Assembly: GCA_028534125.1 (NCBI GenBank)
Contig: CM052838.1
Location: 63,798,001-63,862,000, forward strand
Direction of reading: 5' to 3'
From: Lama glama
Taxonomy: Eukaryota
Length of the DNA: 64,000 nucleotides
Shown: positions 13,301 to 25,085 of the stretch, piece by piece
Layout: every line of letters begins with the position of its first letter
Position numbering within the stretch: position 1 is the first letter of the stretch
Notes under the pieces: generated by a model
Databases searched by the model: none
What the model was told of the DNA's origin: nothing
The model's input: only the letters and a program-made list of their open reading frames with translations
Position numbers and translations under genes: made by a program

Positions 13301-15689
13301 TACATGTGAGGAATTAGCTCATAAGATCTCCTTTTGTGTGTACTAACAGATTACATATTTTTCCGTCTTCGTGCAGTTTTAATCGGGGCATCATCTCCAT
13401 GGGGAGAGGAATTTGCCTGCACAGGACACTAAAAATATAAAGTAGGCCGAATTAGAGAAGAATAAAGGGTTTTGTTGGAAATTAGCTTGTGAGCAAAACC
13501 ACTTAAGTGAGTGAAGACATTGCTGACACCACACGTAGACTCTTCTGCTCGCTTTACAACGGCCCTTTAACTAGGTTTTGGAGCTTGTCAAAGTTAGCCA
13601 CTTAAATTTACGATTCAGTGTTTATTTATAAGTAATTGCTGTTTGTAAGTGAGGCTAATTCCTGCTCGAATTTATGGTACAAATAATGTAATGTAGAGTT
13701 ACAGATCTCTTGATCCTTGGGGTGTAGGCAAAATAAATGTAGTAGAACAGGTGGAATTGGACAAGATTTTTCTATAAATCTTAAAATATCTGCTTTGTAA
13801 AACTGGGTTATTTCAGCAACTATAAATAGTCACTTGGTAATGAGGTGTTAGGGTTTATTTGTTGTAGTCGAGTGCTTATTAAAGTTCAGTGTGTTTTTAC
13901 CCCTCGGATCAGAGGCTTTTATGGGCCAAGAGATAAGATGCATCCTTTGCCTTTCACTTGCTGATTATGACTCACTGCAGATGATGGATGACCTCCTGGA
14001 CTTTCAAACTCCCATTTGCTTGCAGAGAAAGAAAATCCTCATCTCTTTCGATTGGGCCCACTCCAAAATTCTAGAACCATTTTATATAATAAAACGTTAC
14101 ACTGGGTCACATTGTCGGGGGAGAAATGGTCACACAGATGCACACTCTCTGTTGGACGTGGTGGGTGGAACTTGGTCTGTCCTGGCTTCTCTCTCTCTGT
14201 CAGGATTCTAACCCACTTCCTGGGCTGCGCTTCTGCTCGTGGTTACAGTGACATCAGGAACATATGTTCCTGCAGAAGCAGCCCTGTGTCCGGTCACAGG
14301 GTGTAAGGACCCTCCCAGAGCCTTCACAGCACTCTGGTGTCTCCTGTGTCCAGCGCTGACGAGGTGGATGCCGGGCTGTCACTCTTGGCGCTCTGGTGGG
14401 GCCGGGGGCGGGTGCCAGCCGACCTGCCCCTGCACATGGCCCGGGTCGGAGGGCAGCGGTGATGGGCAGCTTGGCTGTCCTGTTTGCCCTCTGGGTCCTC
14501 CCTTTTAATTTTAGCCTTGTCCTTTTTAAGAAGACAAAATTGATAATTTATTGCTTTGGAATCACACTTTGTTACAAACAGAAAGCTGTGTTTTATAAAT
14601 ACTCAAGAAAGCACAAATACCCGGAATTGTCACTGTCGCTCTTCACTTTCCTCCAGCCCACCTCCCCCCAGAAGCTAGTCTGACCCACCTTAGTTCTGCA
14701 TAGTGTCTGTTTGCCTTTTTCATATGATCTGATAACAATAAGCACATTTCAAAACTGATAAAAGTTTAATGAATGGCCAGTGAGAAGAGACCACTTTTAT
14801 AGCAAGATTGATACCTTGGCCCATGGGGCGTAGCATTTCAGTAAAATCACAGTGCGCACACTCCCCCACCGGCGCTCCCCCCCGCCCCGGCTTCCTTGCA
14901 GAAATGTCCGAGCAAAGTGCTGGTTGCTGCATCTGGGCCTTGTGCCCATCCACGCGCTGTAGCCTGACCTGGAGCCCTCGGGGCGGCGGTGTCTGGGCCG
15001 GGGGCTCCCGGCCTCTGTCGCATTAGCAGTGGTGTGCGGGTGTGGCTGCCCCACGGTCTCAGTGTTTCTGGGGTAACTGCAGGGAGAAGTAGCCTCCTAA
15101 ATAGAGTTTTGTATTGTTTTAAATTTGCTCATATGCGACCTCTCCTTTTCCCTCGTTTAATTACTACACTCTAATGTGGTCATCTTGCTACCCTGGTTTT
15201 CCTTGTATTTGGCTGAAGAGGACCGCTGGGGTAGAAGCCATGGTGTGAATACTGAGTGGTGTCTGGTTTTAACCAGGAGGTGCCTGATCTCTTAGTCTGA
15301 TTTATCATGTGATAGAAAGCTGCTGGCCAGCTGACGCTAATCTTAACTTATGATCTATTTAACCCTCCTATTTCCCAGCATCAATTCACATCCCCTCCCC
15401 AGCCCAGACCTCTGTACCCAGGCAAACATGGAGCGTCGTGGGTCTGAGCTCCAGAGGCGGCGGGAGGCGCTTCACCGAGCACATCAGCGCGCGTCTGCCA
15501 GTCTCCCCGCCCGCGGGCCCCGCGCGGCCCACAGTGAGCGCTGCTGAAGACCCCGCAGACGCTTCTTACCCTCCTTGGTCCGTCTCCCTGCTTCTCAACT
15601 GCCAGGCGTCTGGGGTCAGGACAGGCCCTGCGTGTACACAGAGGTCAGTGGAAGTGGTGGGGGGAGGTCTTTTCTGACATTTTATATTC

Positions 15690-17050
15690 AATAATTTTAG
15701 ATTTGTTTCTGTTCACTATCCATCTAGTCTTGCCTAGTGTTCACAGCTTACGTAGCCCTTGTGCACAACCAGAGAATTAGTGAACAAGGAGTGAGCATGT
15801 TAACTGGCACTGGTGGGTAGTGTGTCCTGCTGTAAGCCTCGTTCGGATTCCAGCACCTTTCCCACTCCTGCGCTGTTGCTGTTCTGCCGTCCAGTCCAGG
15901 ACCCCACCTGGCATTTAGTCACTATATCTCCCTCATCTCCAGTTTATGACAGTCCCTCTTTCCTTGCTCTTTGTGACCTGAACACTATTGAAGATGCGGT
16001 CAGTTCTTTAGTAGAAGGCCCCTCATTTGGGTTTGTGATGTTGTCTCATGGTTAGACTGAGGCTCACATTTTTGGTAAGAAGAGCGCAGAAGTGCGGCCC
16101 CTCTCAGGGCATCACGGGAGGCGGGGTATGGCATCCACCTGTCAGCTGCTGGTGGTGTGAAGCTGTGGTCAGTTGGGTAGGGTGGAGCCTATCGTGTTTC
16201 TCCAAATGCAGAGTTACTGTTTTCTCCTTTATAATTAATAAATGTCTTGAGGGAGATGCTTTGAGACCATGCAGACACCTTGACTCTCCTCAGGCTTTTA
16301 CCCACTAACGTCCCCATTCGTGGATGCGTCTTGCCCACTGTGTTGTTCCCCTCGTGTTCTGTATCCTTCATCTTAATTATTTTACTAATTGGAATTCTTC
16401 TGAACGGAAGAACTGTTCTTTCCCATATACTTGTTTATTCAGTGAATTATTTACATTAGTAATTCACTAAACACTTGTGGATATTGATTTTGTATTATGG
16501 GCTGTAGTCCAGTACGGTCATTACTTGTTTTGTTAGTCAGACAGCTTCTGTTTGGGCTCTCGGGATCCTCTGGAGGCAGCTCCTATGTCTTTTTGACATG
16601 CCTGTCTTTTTTCCTTCACTTTCTTACTTTCTGGCACCACTGTATAATCCAAGCTTGTCTTGTCCTCTCCTGCCCCAGCCCTGGATTTGTTCACTTCTCC
16701 AGGGAGCCCAAGTTCCTTTTCCTGGAATGTGATATTTAGAAACCAAGGCCTGGGCTCTGGTGTGCTCACTGCTGCCGAGCTGCTGATGCTTCTAGCTCCT
16801 GTCAGTGCAGTGTCTGTGTGCTGACCACACACACACACACACGTCACGATGCGTCTGCATTTATTTCTATATCTACCATCTGCATACGTATTAAAAACTG
16901 TGACTTTGTCCTAGTACCTCCAGTTCAAATCCAACACAGCAGGTTTCAGTCCAGCCACCACCCTCTCCCTTCTGTGGCGGTGAAAACGTGGCTCCAGCGA
17001 TGGCATGTACTCGCACAGTGGGTTCTCTTAAACAGACTCTGGTGAGCCTG
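15690..17050 (-). mobile_element. L1MC4/5-like 3' end
   Basis: ccagtccaggaccccacctggcatttagtc, ttgtctcatggttagactgaggctcacatttttgg, gagggagatgctttgagaccatgca and ctgccccagccctggatttgttcacttctccagggagccc match the L1MC 3' UTR. Confidence 0.8.
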
Positions 17051-18119
17051 TACCACTGTGTTGCTAGTGTAACAGCCTGGCAGTAATAGCACGACCAGGT
17101 GTGCCCTGGTAGGCAAGATCCTACTTGTGAAGGAGAGTATTTCCTGTGCTTGCTTGGCAAAAAGGCAGTCTGCAGGATTCTTGTAACTGCTTGTGTCAGT
17201 GTGGTTAGGAACTCAGGCTTGACAGTTGGACTCAAATAGAGCAAAAAAATGAAATTATTTTGTTGCAAAATAGATGGCATGTTTGCAAATAAATGTACCA
17301 ACTAATTAGTTCATTTTCAAATATCCAAATGTTGTATGTTGAGAAGAAATGAAACAAGGAAGGTCTTCTAGGATTATATGAAGGATAATAATTGCCTTTC
17401 ATAGGATTCTCAATTTAGGTTTCTTTTTTGTTAACTTATTTTCTTTTAATTCCCATTTTTGTCAAATTGGTACATTTTACCTATAAACAGTTCATTATGA
17501 TTCTTTTCTTTGTTGTAAACAGAAGTTTTGAAAATTCATTAAACATGAAACCCTTTTAAAGGTCTGATTGTGTACATATCAGGGGTCAAACAGTATTCAT
17601 ACTTAGAGGTGTGGACAGTCAAAAGCTTTATTAAAATGTTACGTATCTTTATGCAGACTGAGTTATTTAGGAGTGCAGACTTGACTCGTATTTCATGAAC
17701 TTTTTTTCCTGGAGGTGAGTTTGCTGGTGGGAAAGGACCATCAGTCTCAGCTGATGGAAATCAAACTTAGCATCGTCAGTTTTCATCAGGTGGAGACTGA
17801 GAATTGTTGGGCATCTTCATGAGGAGTCTGGCTTTAGTTCTAGGCAGCATTCAGATGCCGGTGCCGGATTCCCCACGCTCCTTCCTGGCTGTGGCAGTTG
17901 GGTGATGTCCTGGGGTTGCTGTGAAGTCCGAGCAGCCTCTGTGCCTCACTTGGAGGCTCCTTCTCTGGAGACTCACCTGGACCCGCAGTGGATGTTCGGC
18001 AGTGTTTGTTACTGCAGAGTAACCAGGCCTTCTCTGACTAGCACAGTGTGGAGTGTGACTGTGTCTGGGCGATAGTCCTCGTCCGGCCGAAGTGTAGGCT
18101 TGCAAGTATGTTGCATTTG

Positions 18120-18293
18120 ACCTTGAATGCCACCTGCCGCTGATGTGCTGTGCCCCTGGGCTAGTTACTCACCCTCTCAATCTGTTTTCTCATCTACAAG
18201 TAATTTGCTCTACCTTCAGTTTGCTGGAAGGAGTAAATGAGATAACGTATGTAAAGCATCTGGCCCCGTGCCAGGCATACGCAGGTAATAAAT
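18120..18293 (+). mobile_element. MIR SINE
   Basis: ctgggctagttactcaccctctc...ttttctcatctacaag...taaatgagataacgtatgtaaagcatctggc...gccaggcata matches the MIR 3' half. Confidence 0.8.
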
Positions 18294-19165
18294 TCTGTTC
18301 CTACCCCGCTAGGCCCTGTTGGCATGGGGTCGCCTATGTCAGCCTGCAGAAGTGTTCTTTATTTGCTTTTGATAAAAAAGGAAATAAATAATCACCTGGT
18401 TATAGTATTTTGCCTTATAAAGGGAAGTTAAAACAAGGTATGGCTAACGTACAGCAGAGGTGTGGCTGACGTGGTGGCCGTCCTTCCCTAAGGAAAGCTT
18501 CAGCTACATCCCAAGGCCACTGTCCCCTAAGGCCGTGTGAAGATGTGCGACTGGGGCCCGGGCCACCTGCCTTCCTACACGGCCTGCGTGACTTCAGTGC
18601 TCCCTGTCACCTGTAATCCACTTAGGGAAAACCAGTGTGGGGGCTCGAGGATTTCTCCCTTTATTCTTGTCTTTAAAACCAAGTTACATTCTTTTTTTTT
18701 CAAGCAATAACCTTTGGGAGAAAATGAGGACTGGATAACCGAGGCAGCGACACGGTAATGCACTGACCGTGAGTGTGCAGTCTTCCCCACGCAGGCAGCC
18801 GGACCCAGACAGCATAAAAAAGCATGTAGCCCAGAGATGCACTTTTTCTTTTTACGACTGTCCTCTGTATCTCATTTATATTTAAAACTGAGTTGACGAA
18901 TATGAATAGAGATATTTAGAGTTACTGTGAAGTCATCTTGTGGATGTGCGCGGACTGGACCTCGCAGTGTGAAAGGGAGAGCAGAGCTAATGGCTGCTCT
19001 CATACTGCTTGGAATTTTCCCGTTTTTATTATCCTCCGGCTTCTGTTCTTCAGGTGTGTAGCTATTTTCGTATTATGAAGGATGATGGATGAGGCTGGAA
19101 AGTTTCTTTGGAAGCACTTCTGATATTGTGCAATGCACTTGGGGGTCAGCTGCACTTGACTGATG

Positions 19166-19401
19166 NNNNNNNNNNNNNNNNNNNNNNNNNNNNNNNNNNN
19201 NNNNNNNNNNNNNNNNNNNNNNNNNNNNNNNNNNNNNNNNNNNNNNNNNNNNNNNNNNNNNNNNNNNNNNNNNNNNNNNNNNNNNNNNNNNNNNNNNNNN
19301 NNNNNNNNNNNNNNNNNNNNNNNNNNNNNNNNNNNNNNNNNNNNNNNNNNNNNNNNNNNNNNNNNNNNNNNNNNNNNNNNNNNNNNNNNNNNNNNNNNNN
19401 N
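19166..19401. other. Assembly gap (236 N)
   Basis: Run of N in the sequence. Confidence 1.
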
Positions 19402-20239
19402 TAGTGTTGCAATAAGGGAGGGCGATATTATAGCTGGAAGGTGAGTTATTGCCGTAATGTAATACTCCTTGAAATTTAAAAAAGAGACTGTTTCTGTTGA
19501 GGGTGATTGTGCTTTTGAAATTAAGTTGAAGTGAATCTTATAATTGGCCACAGTAATGCATTTTGAAGGTAATATCTTTTATTGTGTTATGCCTAGTTGC
19601 ATTACCTCTTATTTAGCGGTTTCTGGCCTCAGATTTTCTAATATTCGGGTAGAAGCAGGCTTGGAATTCTGTCAGATACGGGGGCTCAAATGTTGTATTC
19701 TCTTTTTGAGCATTACCCCTTGTCTGAAAGTTACAGAATGGAAAAAAATACATATTTGACCAAATCATTTAGATATCAAAGATTAAAAATTATAGTTAAT
19801 TTTTAATAAGTTTAAACAAGTTTCTTATCAATGTGTTTTGCTTCCCGGTCTTGGCACATGTGCTGGGAATTTCTGCTGAAGCCTCAAGGTTTTGAGCAGG
19901 GCCCACCCCATGCCCCCTTTAGGTACACATGGTTTGTAGCCGTCCCTTCCCGGTTCTGAAATGAAATTCATGGGTCACATCTACCCACATTAACTATTCA
20001 GGAACAACTTCAAGCTGTGAATAAACAGGCAATAATTTATCAGAAAATTCTATGTTTTTGGAACGGAAAATCTCAGGCAGGGGTACCCCAGGAGCACGAA
20101 GATGTAATCGGGTGTGCGTGCCTGGAACACAGTGGCTATGCACAGAGCCGGGCAGTGCGGTCAGTGGTGATTCACCGTCTGGCATTTATAACCATGATTT
20201 TGCCGAAATGCTGGACAGCTGTTTGTAAAGTTCCAAAGA

Positions 20240-20490
20240 AAATGGGGCCCATCTTTCCCCGGAGTCGCTGAGGGGCTGCACTCCTGGGAAACCCTGTGGG
20301 TGGGAAAGCTGCACAGAACATTGTGCGTCTAAGGGAGCCAGGCTTTAGGTTTGGGTTAGTTTTAGGCTTGGGTGTGTAGACACAGGACGCAGGACCACTG
20401 ACCCACTGTTGTTCAGGACAGTCCCACGTGTTTCACAAGCACCCTCCCAGCGGGGGCCTGCACGTCACACGCCACCCACGGGGGCAGCTG
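20240..20490. mobile_element. Degenerate DNA transposon remnant (MER20B-like, tentative)
   Basis: ctcctgggaaaccctg...ggagccaggctttaggtt...tgttgttcaggacagtcccacgtg loosely matches a remembered consensus. Confidence 0.35.
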
Positions 20491-21284
20491 AGATGCAGGT
20501 TTCTGGGGTGGGAGGGAGCCGGGAGGGAGTGTGCCCAGGCAGTGATCGCACCCTAGTGCCCTCCACCACCCTTTGGACCTCCGTCCAGTCCAGGCTTGTG
20601 GGGAGGGTGGGTTTGGGGATTTTTTTCTTTCTTTCTGACTTGGTAATTTGTATGACAATTTAGCAAAGACCCTGGAAGATGCTTTGGGAAAACACCAAGT
20701 TTGGAAAGTGTCACAGACTTAAACCAGCAGTGCTGATGATCTGGGGAGGCTAACGGTGGTCTGCTGTTTTCCTAAAGAGAAGGTAGAGTTGGGAGCAGAT
20801 ATGCCTAGGGAAAATAAAACTAGTGAAATCTCCCCCAAAATACATAACCAATGGGAAATTTTCCAGAAGCAGTGGAATTTGGAAAATTTAAGTGAAATCA
20901 GGGGCTTCAGTGGTAGATAAGCCTCTCCTGCTGGCGCTCTTCTGTTTTCTAGTCCGTTGATAAGCGTATTCGGTTATCTTAGCCTGCTGGCTTCCTTGGT
21001 TTAGACAAAAGTGAAAACAATGCAATGCGAAAGGGGCTTAGTGACTTGCAGCCTCGCTTGCCTTTTCTGCATCAGAACACAGGCCTGTGAGATACCAGGT
21101 ACCACGCAGTGTGTTCTCGTTAGGGGATAAATATCATATAAAATAAAATGGAGTATTTTTTTTTTATTTTTTAACATTTTAGCTTCAGGCTGAAGTTTTG
21201 GGGCTGCAGAATCACCATGGAACTCAGTTACGCGGCTGTTCTCGGTCTGAGTGTGGGCACATTTAAACTCCTCACTTGCTCATT

Positions 21285-21420
21285 TGTTTATTTCTTGGGG
21301 TATAATTGACATATAACATTACATTAGTTTCAGGTGCACAACATAATGACTTGATACTTGTATATGTTGTAAAATGTTCACCACAATAAGTCTGGTTAAC
21401 ATCTGTCTCCACAGTCATCG
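21285..21420 (-). mobile_element. L1 3' end (laurasiatherian L1MA-like)
   Basis: ggtataattgacatataacattacattagtttcaggtgcacaacataatgacttgata...ccacaataagtctggttaacatc. Confidence 0.8.
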
Positions 21421-21425
21421 TCTAT

Positions 21426-21670
21426 TTCTTTTTTTTTTAATTGAAGTATAAGTCAGTTACAATGTGTCAGTTTCTGGTGCGCAGCACCATGTCCCAGTCA
21501 TGCATGTACAGACATATATTCATTTTCATATTTTTCATTTTGGTTACTATAATATATTGAATATAGTTCCTGTGCTATACAGAACTTTGTTTTTTAATCT
21601 ATTTTATATGTAATAGTATTTACAAATCTCAAATTCTCAGTTTATCCCTTCCTACTCACTTCGCCCCTGC
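21426..21670 (-). mobile_element. Younger lineage-type L1 3' end (camelid-like) with poly(A) read as poly(T)
   Basis: tttttttttaattgaagtataagtcagttacaatgtgtcagtttctggtg...gtcccagtcatgcat...atattgaatatagttcctgtgctatacag...caaatctcaaattctcagtttatcccttcc. This form is, from memory, abundant in camel/alpaca genomes. Confidence 0.8.
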
Positions 21671-23540
21671 CGGCCCCTCCCTGAGAAGCCCCTGCGTGGA
21701 GACCCTCAGTCTCGTGTGAGGCGGTGTAGGAAGCCTCTGCATGGTCTTCTTTCGAGGGTCTGGGGGGCTGGCCCCGCGGGGAATGCCCGGAGGGAGGGGG
21801 AAGGAGGGGAGTGTGAGGGAAGGTGGACGGGAGGCGAGTGAACGATACACGGCGTGTGTCGGGAGGTGGGGAGACAGGGCTTGTGCTCTAGAACGAGACG
21901 GTCCAGCAGGTGCTGCCCTGGAATTTGGGAAAGCAAGTGACATAGACATCTCCGGCCAGATCGTTCTTCTGACCGAAGAGCAAAGGTAATATTTTCTGTC
22001 ATGGAGAAGGTTTGTGGCTGTTGCTAATTATGCATTTCAAAGTACAGCGAAGTTCTGTGAAATCAGACCATTTGACGGGTTGTTTCAGGAAGGGAGCTCT
22101 GATTTGCGGAGATGGTCGTGCAGTTTCCACGCGAAGCCATAGTCCTTGTCTGTTGTTTGACTCGACGGGGTTCTGTGTGCTTTTTCCTCTGGGCTTAAAA
22201 TTTTTGCCTTTCCTGTGTGAGATGTTGATTGTTGCTGCCCCAAAGTGTCTGGAATATGTATGGCTTTAAGCTGTGGGATCAGATTTGCGCTTGTGAGGGT
22301 TTAAGTTTTACTGCGTTCCTACCGCGTGTGCTTCTGTTCACACGTGACACGTGGCAGTTCCTGCTCCGCGAGACCACATTCAAAACTGCATCTTCCTTAC
22401 ACACCCAGGCCCAGGCACCCAGCATACCTGTGAGGCCTTCCTCCTTTTTGTTGGCTCTTTCTCTTTCTGTTTGCCTGGCACGTGCCTATTTCTTTGTACT
22501 CTCATGTTGTTATTTCTATACAAAAATCGTCTTTTATCAAGTAGAAAAAGCTTGACAGTCATTTTAGCTCCAGGTTGTTTAAAGTTGATGGAGTGACTGC
22601 ATGTTCGGCTTAGATGTTACTGTACAGTGATTCAGATACTGTAATTGCTGTGTTATGTTTTCCACTTGATCCGGATGTGACTGCAGACAAGTAATTCTAC
22701 TCTGCCAGACAATTTATTTCTCTAATCATTATCTATTTGGCTTTTCCTTGGGTATGTATGATTCTCGGATAGGAAGTCTGCTTGGTTCACTGAAATACAT
22801 ACGTGTGATACTTAAACATTTTTGGAAGTTGACGTTGTGAGCGCAGGGTCTCGCTGCATCGCTGGGGTGGGGCCATGGAAGGACTGAGTGCACCGCAGAG
22901 TCACGGTGGTGGCGGCTGCACAGAGGGCCTGGCGATGCCCTTTGGAGAAGTATTTCAGCTGGTAAAGAACACAGTGGCACCACATATCTTGGGGAAGACA
23001 CTGGAGCTGATGTGTGAGAATGGGTGAGATACTGGGCATATTGGAGCTACGGCTGGCAGATCTGAAGTTCCATCATAAATCATATACTTGCTGCTGCTTT
23101 CAGTGAGTTTAGTCATTTTATTGATCTATATCTCATATGAGCCAAGGAAGAATTTTAGGAGGTTCACAGACATACACATACTTTTAAAAATGAAAAATGC
23201 ATAAGAAACAGATGAAGGAATTAGCCCAGGAAATAAGAGCAGGGAAATAGAGCTGGTATTCCAAACACAGGGCACACCTTTTCTATAGAATGGCTCAGAA
23301 TGGGCCAGGAATTCAGCAGTGAGCTTCCTGGTGGACAGAGCATTGATGGGATCCAGATTACAGGCTGTAAGCATCACGTGGGTTTTGGCCTGACTGTTGT
23401 AACAAAGCCACATTCACCTGGCTGTCAGTGTTTCAGAGTGAGATGGAGATCTTCTCCAGAGATACTCGGGGCTCAGCGTACACAAAAGGCAGCGGACGTG
23501 GCTCATGGGCGGCTTAGAGCCCTGGAGCAGGGACGGGACA

Positions 23541-23700
23541 CAGTGGGTCTGGACAGTTCTGGAACTGCTGGCAGCATCAGCACGACCTGGAACTGGTTGG
23601 AGCCGCAGACCCCTGGGCCTGCCCGCCCTGCATCCCCGACCCCGTGGCTGGCTGCCCCAGAGGGACTGGGCTCTTGGGTGCAGGCCTCCCCCAGGCTGTC
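23541..23700 (+). mobile_element. MER5A-like hAT MITE, GC-shifted
   Basis: cagtgggtct...gcagcatcagcacgacctggaactggttggagccgcagacccctgggcc resembles MER5A gcagcatcagcatcacctgggaacttgttagaaatgcaaattctcgggcc. Confidence 0.55.
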
Positions 23701-23794
23701 CCTCCTCGCTGGGTCTGAGTCTGGCCGTTGTCTTCCCAGGTCAAGGATTTAAAGCAGGCTCAGTCCTGGCGGTGCGGCTGGCGAGAAAGGGCAG

Positions 23795-23905
23795 CGAATT
23801 CAGTTTACTGAGCATCTGCTCTGCAGATACAGTGTGCCAGGTACGGGGGGAGGCAGAAAGCAACGAGGCCTCATTCTGCCCCGACAGACCTACGGAGCGG
23901 GGGCA
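23795..23905 (-). mobile_element. L2 3' end fragment
   Basis: tttactgagcatctgctctgcagatacagtgtgccagg resembles the antisense L2 tail. Confidence 0.5.
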
Positions 23906-24439
23906 GCCAGGGGTTGGCCGCAGTCCCCGGATTTCGTTCACCTGAGCTGTCATTTGCTCAGTTTCCCACGTTTGTGGGCTGTCTGCAGTGATGCTTACTT
24001 AATGTTTTCTTTATATCAGTTTAGCTCTAATTTAGACACCTGCTTTAGCCTTGTCCTAAGGAGTTCCAGTGAAGACAAGGGTTGGATGCATTCACTTTAT
24101 TTTCTGTTACATGTTGGTTTAATCCATAGTTAATAAACTTGCATCTGAACTAATCTCACCCCAGGCCAGCCCTCTGGAGTCAGGCAGCCCCACGCGTCAC
24201 CCACCAAGGGGCTGTGGAAAAGTCGCCTTCACGTCTCCCGCCTCGTGTGGCTCGTCCTCGGATGTGGACGCACCTAACCACAGCACGCGTGAGGGCTGGA
24301 GGGGACGCCCGGGAGAGCCTGGCACACGGGAAGGGCCGGGACCGTCGGGGCAGGACTGGTCCTGTTACTGGAGTGAGTTGTGGGCTAGTAATGCAAACAA
24401 AGAAACATTGCTGAGTTACAGTCTGTACACCGCTCAGTG

Positions 24440-25085
24440 TCCTAAATGAAAGACATGCGTTTGACCACTCGTAACACAGGCGGGCGAGGCGGGCAGGACC
24501 CGGAGCCCTCGTGCGTTGTTGGTGGGCACGTAGCCGGGGCGGCCTCTCGCCAGGTTACACGCGGCCTTGCCGTGTAAGCCCGCAGGTCTGCCCCGAGGCA
24601 CGTACCCAGCAGAACCGGAAGCGGGGACTCGAGCGTTTGCTCGTACACCAGTGTTCCCAGCTTTGTTCACTGTAGTCAAACACGGGAGACTGTCCAGGTG
24701 CCCATCAAGGAGTGAACGGACAAACCACAAAATATGGCCCATCCATACAGGGGAATGTTACTCGGCCTTAAAAAGGAAGGGCATTCCAGCACAGGCTACA
24801 ACACAGGTGAACCTTTACACGTGATGCCATTGAAACAAGCCAGACACAGAGGGCAAGTGCTATTACGGTTCCATTTACATGAGGTGCTTAGAATAGATTC
24901 CCAGAGATTAAAGCAGATTGGTGGTTTCCAGGGCCGGAGGGAGGAGGAGGCAGTATTCAGTGGGGACAGTTTTTGCTGCAGATGATAAAGTTTTGGGTAG
25001 ATGGTCACACAACGTTGTGTAAGTCTTTGATGACACTGAATTGTACGCTTTTAAAATGATAAACAGGTCTTTTACCACAATAAAA
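24440..25085 (+). mobile_element. L1MB-like 3' end, sense to MGMT
   Basis: catccatacaggggaatgttactcggccttaaaaaggaagg, aagccagacacagagggcaag, cactgaattgtacgcttttaaaatg and the terminal ttttaccacaataaaa follow the L1MB3-type 3' end. Confidence 0.85.

Noticed and set aside
19000-19551. ORFs spanning the N run
   Set aside because: Artefacts of the assembly gap.
20341-20375. TTAGG-like words suggesting an interstitial telomere
   Set aside because: There is no true TTAGGG array. The stretch is short and probably part of a degenerate DNA transposon.
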